Source: Candidatus Latescibacterota bacterium (GTDB lineage: Bacteria; Latescibacterota; UBA2968; UBA8231). Taken from it: 64,000 nucleotides of DNA. The stretch lies in contig CBDCXV010000009.1 in the NCBI GenBank assembly GCA_965223905.1, positions 800,001 through 864,000 of the forward strand, written 5' to 3'. Below the pieces are notes generated by a model. It was not told the DNA's origin and did no database searches. It worked only from the letters and a program-made list of their open reading frames with translations. The position numbers were made by a program, and so were the translations under genes. This document shows positions 58,025-64,000 of the stretch, in pieces; the stretch's first letter is position 1, and each line of letters begins with the position of its first letter.

Positions 58025-58622
58025 ACCTCCTGATTTCGTCGTAACTCGTTGTAAAACAATCGGGTTCTCGATTTCCCAAGACCCCCTACGCCCCTACGTC
58101 CCTAATAGTAGGGGAGGACACCGAGAAGGGGCCTCTATCGGCCTTCTCGGTGTCTCCCTTTTCCAATATTCCAATGCTCGTCGAGGTGCGAGGAGTATCA
58201 TCCAAGCCTGATTCGGGCCTTGGATCGGCCCGCCGGTCGAGAACCATCCAGAGGACCACGCCGGCAGCGCATGCGGCGGCCAGCCCCAGCACGGCCGCGC
58301 AGCCGAAATCCCGAAATCGTGGAAGATCCGCCCAAGAGGGAACGTCCGGGATTTGCTCTCAACTTGGAGGATAGGTACGATTCCCTTCCCTATCCGACAC
58401 GCGAAGAAATCGCCACCACGGTTGAGGAATATTGCGCTGCCGAGACCAGGCTTTCGACTCTCCAAAAAGAGCTGGAAAACCACCTCCCTTAGCGGATGAT
58501 GGCCTTGGCCTTCTCGGCCCCCTGCCTCCTCGACGGTCTGCCAAACCGGCCGCGGCCGCGCACTTTCCACCGAGCTCTTGTCGCCGCGGGCAAAAATATC
58601 GTCGCTGGCACGATGGAGAACG

Positions 58623-58979
58623 CTAGAGGGGGGCCGAGCAATCGTCGAGCAGCCCGTCCCTCCGTAGCGCTTCCCGGTGACGTTCAACGCTTTCCTTCCG
58701 TAGTTCCTCAGCGGTCTTTTTCGGTCCGTGAACCCAGCCGATAAGCCCCCCGATCAACGCCGCTGCGACAAAACCGATCAGGTGGAACAGGCTCCAAAAG
58801 TCCCAGCTCAGGAAGTAGCAGGCCGGGGCAAACAAGGCGCCGCCCAAGGCCGCGTTGAGCAGTCTGGGCTTTTGCATCCAATCGTCCAGCGCCTCGAGGA
58901 CGCAGCCGGGTCCCAGGCCGAGAATGGCGCCGATCAGGGCCACCCCCGCGTAGACCTGCCAGGTCGGTATCGTTTCCAT
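58623..58979 (-). CDS. small 3-TM membrane protein, paralogue A
   Basis: RBS AAGGAG; Gly-rich TM helices; AALIGGLIGWVHGPKKT. Confidence 0.65.
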   Translation of the reverse strand: METIPTWQVYAGVALIGAILGLGPGCVLEALDDWMQKPRLLNAALGGALFAPACYFLSWDFWSLFHLIGFVAAALIGGLIGWVHGPKKTAEELRKESVERHREALRRDGLLDDCSAPL

Positions 58980-59073
58980 TTTCGGCTCCTTCACGTTTCC
59001 TCGGTCCGTTGGCGACGGCCCGGTTTTCGGACAAGGACAGGCTGTGGTAAACCGCGTCCCCATCTTCGTCCTC

Positions 59074-59648
59074 CTACTCCTTCCACATCAGCGCCATCTC
59101 GATTAATTCCTCGCACTCCATCGCCACATCCGGGTCGGCTCCCGCGTCCAGAAACACAGCGACCACGGCCAGGATCTCTTCGACAGGAAAATCGACCGAA
59201 TCGGTCACCCTTTGGACCACCTTGTAAAAGGGAGATTCTTCGAGTTGGTCCTGCACATTCGGGTCGGCTCGGGCGGCCAGGAGCACAAGTGATTTACTGG
59301 CAGGATGTCTCGGACCGAATATCCGTCGTCCGGGTCCAGAATCCTGTGAAGGGGGAAATCCCCTGAATGGTCCTGAACATTTTAGGATCGGCCCCGGCTG
59401 CCAGGAGCGCGGTGACGAATCGCCAGACGATTAAACCACACCGTCAGGTGAAGAGGGGTTCGACCGAAATTGTTCCGAACATTCGGGTCGGCTCCGGCCT
59501 GCAGGAGTGCGACGACAACCGGCAGATCGTTTCTTGCTACCGCCTCGTGTAGGGGATGGCGACCGTTTTCGCCCGGTGCGTTCGGGTTGGCTCCGGCATT
59601 CAGGAGGGCGGCGATGAGGGCGGCCGGGTTTGTTTCATAATGTTGCAT
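59074..59648 (-). pseudogene. ankyrin-repeat protein with frameshifts
   Basis: LLNAGANPN..G.HPLH.A, LLQAGADPN..GRTPLH, LLAARADPN and FLDAGADP spread over different frames. Confidence 0.78.
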
Positions 59649-60037
59649 TCTAATCGCTACCCGATTAGAATTTGTGCTGCCACACATCAACGAGAAACCC
59701 GATGTGCCGGGTTTTTCGCTGAATACAACAGCCAGAAATTCCCGGCATAGGGGTAGCTCCCCGGTGCTTGGCGAATAGGCGGAACCACATCGTTCTCGTT
59801 GATGGTGGCAGGGCCCGGCAACCCTTTTTTAACAGCCGGGCTTCCTCTCATCCTTTCAGGAGGACGACCCATGCGCTGTGATCTCGTACCCCCCCCCTTC
59901 CGCACCACCCGCTGAACCCGCTCAACAGCTAACGAGAGGCCGGTCCCCTCCGGTCCTTTCTCGCACGTCCCTGCCTTTCGATGCCCCCCTTCGGGCGCGC
60001 CGTCGAACGACCCTTTGAGAACGTGAGGTAAGCGAAA

Positions 60038-60379
60038 ATGGAAACGGCTCAAACAGCCTGGGTGGGCGTGGGCCTGTTCGGCGCCTTTATCGGCTTCGCG
60101 GTGGGTTCTTTTTGCGAATGGATGGAAGGTTGGAGGGACAAACTCCGAATGCTCACCGCGGCTCTGGGCGGCGCCCTCGGCACCCTGACCTACTTCTTGA
60201 TCTGGACCCCGTGGACAATCGACGAAATCTGCGGCTTCCACCCGGTCGTCTTGCTCCTGGCAGCGTTGATCGGGGGGCTTATCGGCTGGGTTCACGGACC
60301 GAAAAAGACCGATGAGGAACGATGCAAGGCCTCCGTAGAAGCCCACCGGGAGGCGCTGGGGAGGGACGGGCTGATGTAA
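60038..60379 (+). CDS. small 3-TM membrane protein, paralogue B
   Basis: Inverted paralogue of 58623-58979; shares a perfect 49-bp block. Confidence 0.65.
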   Translation: METAQTAWVGVGLFGAFIGFAVGSFCEWMEGWRDKLRMLTAALGGALGTLTYFLIWTPWTIDEICGFHPVVLLLAALIGGLIGWVHGPKKTDEERCKASVEAHREALGRDGLM

Positions 60380-60380
60380 A

Positions 60381-60686
60381 ATGGGGCAAGCCGATCAGAG
60401 ACGGAAAGAAAACCAAGCCCGCCGGCAGATGCTGCCGCTAGCGTGGGAATTGAAGCACCAGTGGACGCAGGCCCGCCCGAAGATGGTGGAGGAGATGAGG
60501 GCGGGGGGGGTCTTGTTCCAGTTATTGGAACAGGCCGGGGAGAGGGGGGCCCGGATGTACGACCACCTCCGGGACAACAAGGGCCTGACACACGAAGAGG
60601 CGATGGAGCTGGTCCTGGACGACCTGGAGAAGCTCCCCGAGGAGAACCAGCCGGAGATCGGGGGGCCGGTGCTCCCCTACAGCTAA
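60381..60686 (+). CDS. TnpV-like small mobile-element protein
   Basis: W...RP.M..E....G.L...L and EA.ELVL pattern; starts 1 nt after the upstream stop. Confidence 0.5.
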   Translation: MGQADQRRKENQARRQMLPLAWELKHQWTQARPKMVEEMRAGGVLFQLLEQAGERGARMYDHLRDNKGLTHEEAMELVLDDLEKLPEENQPEIGGPVLPYS

Positions 60687-60795
60687 AACGGCTACTAACC
60701 GGAAGCCTCTCCAAATTCGGACAAGGCTTGGGTGGGGGGGCCGCGCCCGCGTGGCGGCATCCCCCCCACCACTTCCAAGGAGAGGGAGGGAAGAA

Positions 60796-63384
60796 TTGAC
60801 CACGAAAAAACGGGGCATCGAGCCTTACGAGCACACAGATAAGACCCGCGCGAACAATCCGGACGTCGGCCTCGTCACCCCGTCGACGGATCCGGACGCG
60901 GACGCGAAGACCTACGACCACGACCCCCACCTCGACCCGCAGCTGTCCTGGGCCGGCAAGGCGGAGAACACCTCGTTCGAGGTGCCCACCGTCTCCCTGC
61001 ACGTGCACGAGCGCATCGAGCCGCGCACCATCATCGAAGCCGTGCGCAAGGGCAACGGCCGGCCGGAAGATCAACTCTCGTTCTTCTCCCGGCCGGAGGA
61101 GAACCGCCCGCTCCGCGAGGCCATCGACTTCTACCGCCACCGACGCAACTGGAGCAACCGCCTCATCGCCGGCGACAGCCTGCTGGTGATGAACAGCCTG
61201 CTGGAGAAGGAGGGCCTGGGCGGACAGGTGCAGATGGTCTACGTCGACCCGCCCTACGGCATCAACTACGGCTCGAACTTCCAGCCTTTCGTCAACAAGC
61301 GGGACGTGCCCTCCAGCGACAAGGACGAGGATTTGACAACCGAACCGGAGCAGATCCGCGCCTTCCGGGATACCTGGGAGCTGGGCATCCACTCCTATCT
61401 CTCCTGCCTGCGGGACCGCCTGTTGCTGGCCCGCGAGCTGCTGCACGAAAGCGGCAGCTGCTTCGTGCAGATCGGCGATGAGAACGTGCACCTGCTCGGC
61501 GCCGCGATGGACGAAATCTTCTGTCCCGAGAACCGCGTGGCCACCATCACCTACGCAACGACGGGCGGCAGCTCCGCCAAGACGTTGCCGGAGGTCGCCG
61601 ACTACCTGCTCTGGTACGCGAAAGACAAGAACCAGGTGAAGTTTCGGCAGCTGTACGAACCGCTCACACGGAGAGAAACCATCGATTTTTTCAGTTCGTA
61701 TGCGGGCGTCGAGTTGCCAGACGGTCAAAGCCGCAAACTGACACCGGAAGAGCGTTTTGATCCGGACAAGCATTTACCGGAGGGCGCGCGGATTTATCGG
61801 CGCATGAACCTGGCTTCCCGAGGTGCTTCAACTACAGGCCGTTCGGATCCTTACGAACATGAGGGCCGAGTCTTTGATGTAAGTTTCGGGGGAAATCTTC
61901 AGTGGAGAGTTTCTCCGGAGGGACTAGACCGCCTCGCGGAGCTAAGCCGACTGGAGGCGAAAGGGCAGGGATCGCTGGGGTGGAAACTGTACGAAGACGA
62001 GGTTCCGGGCCGGCGAATCCACAACGTCTGGTCCGCCCAGATGTCGGAGAAGAACAAAGGCTACGTCGTCCAGACCGCGGCGAAAGCGATTCAGCGTTGT
62101 ATCCTGATGACTACCGACCCGGGGGACCTGGTCTTCGACCCCACCTGCGGCGGCGGTACCACCGCCTACGTCGCCGAGCAGTGGGGCCGTCGCTGGATCA
62201 CCTGCGACACGTCCCGGGTGGCGGTCTTCGCCGCGCGAGCGCGACTGATGACCGCCCATTTCGACTACTATCAGCTGGCCCATCCCGCCGAGGGCGTCGG
62301 GGCGGGTTTTCGATACCGAAGCGTCGATACCGTGTCCGCCAGAACCCTGGCCTACGACGAACCGCCCAACAAAACCTTCCTCTACGACAAGCCGCACGTC
62401 GATCGCAAGAAAGCCCGCGTCACCGGCCCGTTCATGGTCGAGGCGGTGCCTCCGCCGGCGGCACCGGCGCAGGTAACGTCGCTGGACGAAATCGGCGAAG
62501 TGGCCGCGCCACCTGCTGTCTCCCCCGATTCGGCTGCCCGCAGCGGCCCGACCGTGAGCCAGGCCGACTGGCGCGACGAACTGCTGAAAACCGGCATCCG
62601 CTGCAGGGCCGGGCAGCGCCTCTCCTTCACGCGGCTCGAGCCCCTGCCGGCGACCCGATGGCTGCACGCGGACGGCGAGACCTCCGACCCCGATTCCGGA
62701 TCCACCCGGATCGTGGTCTCCTTCGGGCCGGATCATGCTCCCCTGGAACAGCGCCAGGTCGCCCGCGCCATTGAGGAAGCACAGAGGCTCGTTCCCGAGC
62801 CCGGAGTCATCGTCTTCGCCGCCTTCCAGTTCGACCCCGAGGCGGCCAAGGACATCGACGAAACCCACTGGCCCGGCGTCACCCTGCTCAAGGCGCAGAT
62901 GAACGCCGATCTGCTGACCGACGATCTCAAGAAGAAACGCGCCAGCAACGAGACCTTCTGGCTGATCGGGCAGCCCGACGTGGCAGTCGAGAAAATCGCG
63001 GAAAACGGAATGCTGCAAATCTCCGTTCAGGGCTTCGACTACTACAACACCCGGACCGGCACCGTCGAACCCGGAGGCGCTGACCGAATCGCCGTGTGGA
63101 TGCTCGACCCCGACTACGACGGCCGTAGCGTGTTTCCCCGGCAGGTGTTCTTTCCGATGGCCGACCCGAAATACAATTGGGACGTGCTTGCCCGCATCCT
63201 CAAGGCCGAAATAGACGCCGACCGGATTGTAGCCTACCGCGGCACCACCTCCTTGCCGTTCGAGTCCGGAGAACACGGCCGGGCGGCCGTCAAGATCGTC
63301 GACGACCGGGGGATCGAGAGTCTCAAGGTGATCGTGCTCGAGGAAGAGCAGTTCCAGGGCGGCGACCGAGTGAGCCCCGGATAG
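60796..63384 (+). CDS. mod: type III restriction-modification methyltransferase (Mod, beta class)
   Basis: NRLIAGDSL, YVDPPY catalytic motif, VFDPTCGGGTT SAM motif, C-terminal AVKIVDDRGIE; TTG start after GGGAGG. Confidence 0.9.
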   Translation: MTTKKRGIEPYEHTDKTRANNPDVGLVTPSTDPDADAKTYDHDPHLDPQLSWAGKAENTSFEVPTVSLHVHERIEPRTIIEAVRKGNGRPEDQLSFFSRPEENRPLREAIDFYRHRRNWSNRLIAGDSLLVMNSLLEKEGLGGQVQMVYVDPPYGINYGSNFQPFVNKRDVPSSDKDEDLTTEPEQIRAFRDTWELGIHSYLSCLRDRLLLARELLHESGSCFVQIGDENVHLLGAAMDEIFCPENRVATITYATTGGSSAKTLPEVADYLLWYAKDKNQVKFRQLYEPLTRRETIDFFSSYAGVELPDGQSRKLTPEERFDPDKHLPEGARIYRRMNLASRGASTTGRSDPYEHEGRVFDVSFGGNLQWRVSPEGLDRLAELSRLEAKGQGSLGWKLYEDEVPGRRIHNVWSAQMSEKNKGYVVQTAAKAIQRCILMTTDPGDLVFDPTCGGGTTAYVAEQWGRRWITCDTSRVAVFAARARLMTAHFDYYQLAHPAEGVGAGFRYRSVDTVSARTLAYDEPPNKTFLYDKPHVDRKKARVTGPFMVEAVPPPAAPAQVTSLDEIGEVAAPPAVSPDSAARSGPTVSQADWRDELLKTGIRCRAGQRLSFTRLEPLPATRWLHADGETSDPDSGSTRIVVSFGPDHAPLEQRQVARAIEEAQRLVPEPGVIVFAAFQFDPEAAKDIDETHWPGVTLLKAQMNADLLTDDLKKKRASNETFWLIGQPDVAVEKIAENGMLQISVQGFDYYNTRTGTVEPGGADRIAVWMLDPDYDGRSVFPRQVFFPMADPKYNWDVLARILKAEIDADRIVAYRGTTSLPFESGEHGRAAVKIVDDRGIESLKVIVLEEEQFQGGDRVSPG

Positions 63385-64000
63385 TGCCCCCCCGAAAAAA
63401 TATCGATCAGTTGATCGTCAACTCCCCCTATGAGGAGCCGACGAGATATTGGGACCAGGACCGAAAGTCGCGGCTGTTCGACCTGAAAGATGGCCGGCGT
63501 CCGGCCGGGTACGTCGTTTCCTCCAACGGAGCCGATGCCTTCGACGATCCCGGCAGGTTCATTGAGATTCCGCTGGTCAACCGCATCCGTCCTCGCGTCA
63601 AAGCCTGGCGTGAGGCCGGGTACCCGGGCGTGACCGGAATCACCAAGCGCCTGTTGGAGTACTGGACCGACGAGCCGGAAATGCGGGGCGATCACCGGTT
63701 CTTTTTCTGCCAGCTGGAGGCCGTCGAAACGCTGATCTGGCTCACCGAGGGGCCGGAGGTCGAGAAGGTCGGCATCGAGATCCCCTCCGATGGAGGGGCG
63801 TTCCGGCGCTTGTGCGAGAAGATGGCGACCGGCACCGGCAAGACGGTCGTCATGGCGATGGTCATCGCCTGGCAGATCCTCAACAAGGTCGCCTACCCGC
63901 AGGACGCCCGGTTTTCCAGGCACGTCCTGGTCATCGCGCCCGGGCTCACCGTCAGGAGCCGGTTGGGGGTGTTGGTTCCACCCGATCCGAACAACTGCTA
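63384..64000 (+). CDS. res: type III restriction endonuclease Res subunit (partial, runs off the window)
   Basis: GTG overlapping the mod stop; reads ..LIVNSPYEEP..W, FFFCQLEAVETLIWL, KMATGTGKT (Walker A), VIAPGLTV. Confidence 0.88.
   Translation, partial: MPPRKNIDQLIVNSPYEEPTRYWDQDRKSRLFDLKDGRRPAGYVVSSNGADAFDDPGRFIEIPLVNRIRPRVKAWREAGYPGVTGITKRLLEYWTDEPEMRGDHRFFFCQLEAVETLIWLTEGPEVEKVGIEIPSDGGAFRRLCEKMATGTGKTVVMAMVIAWQILNKVAYPQDARFSRHVLVIAPGLTVRSRLGVLVPPDPNNC

Larger units (their letters stand above)
37938..64000. mobile_element. integrative (ICE/IME/plasmid-like) element; right end not seen in the window
   Basis: Abrupt junction, integrase, AlpA x2, parB/ssb/radC operon, primase/helicase/iterons and R-M cargo. 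Confidence 0.82.

Noticed and set aside
251-63276. Many long overlapping or antisense ORFs in the track (e.g. 4136-6652 -, 25391-27238 -, 60292-61773 -)
   Set aside because: Shadow ORFs expected in high-GC coding DNA; they lack motifs and overlap well-supported genes

Overview
GC-rich bacterial window in three parts. Its eukaryote-like repeat proteins (YWTD/LDLR-B, cadherin, FN3, ankyrin) and PhyH-HEAT protein suggest a host-associated, possibly sponge-type, symbiont; that is inference only. (1) 0.4-21 kb holds metabolic and envelope genes: SDR, glycosidases, PhyH-HEAT, an RND efflux operon, a DUF4956/SBP/SdiA-regulated/kinase-like-Omp85 cluster, and hicB with a truncated hicA. (2) 22.5-38 kb holds two paralogous surface-protein loci, each behind a sigma54 promoter with an IHF-like site and three TGT-N11-ACA-type enhancer boxes. 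The first encodes a 3071-aa adhesin-like protein ending in an animal-type peptidylarginine deiminase (PAD) domain with all four catalytic residues. The second is cut off by an integrated element. (3) 37.9 kb to the window end is an integrative element. It carries a P4-like integrase, two AlpA genes, a leading-region-type operon (DUF7007-like, radC, ssb, parB-like), Myb-like proteins, a primase-helicase-initiator-iteron replicon, ankyrin remnants and a type III R-M locus. The strongest non-obvious signal is two covarying type III hammerhead-ribozyme-like RNAs (minus strand, 43626-43684 and 48724-48784). Both carry the same non-canonical AA insertion before GAAA and both sit between an upstream hairpin and the RBS of the next gene. 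Several genes carry 1-bp frameshifts, some in homopolymers, which may be assembly errors. Several others are hollowed out by large internal deletions. All family calls come from motif recognition; no database searches were run.
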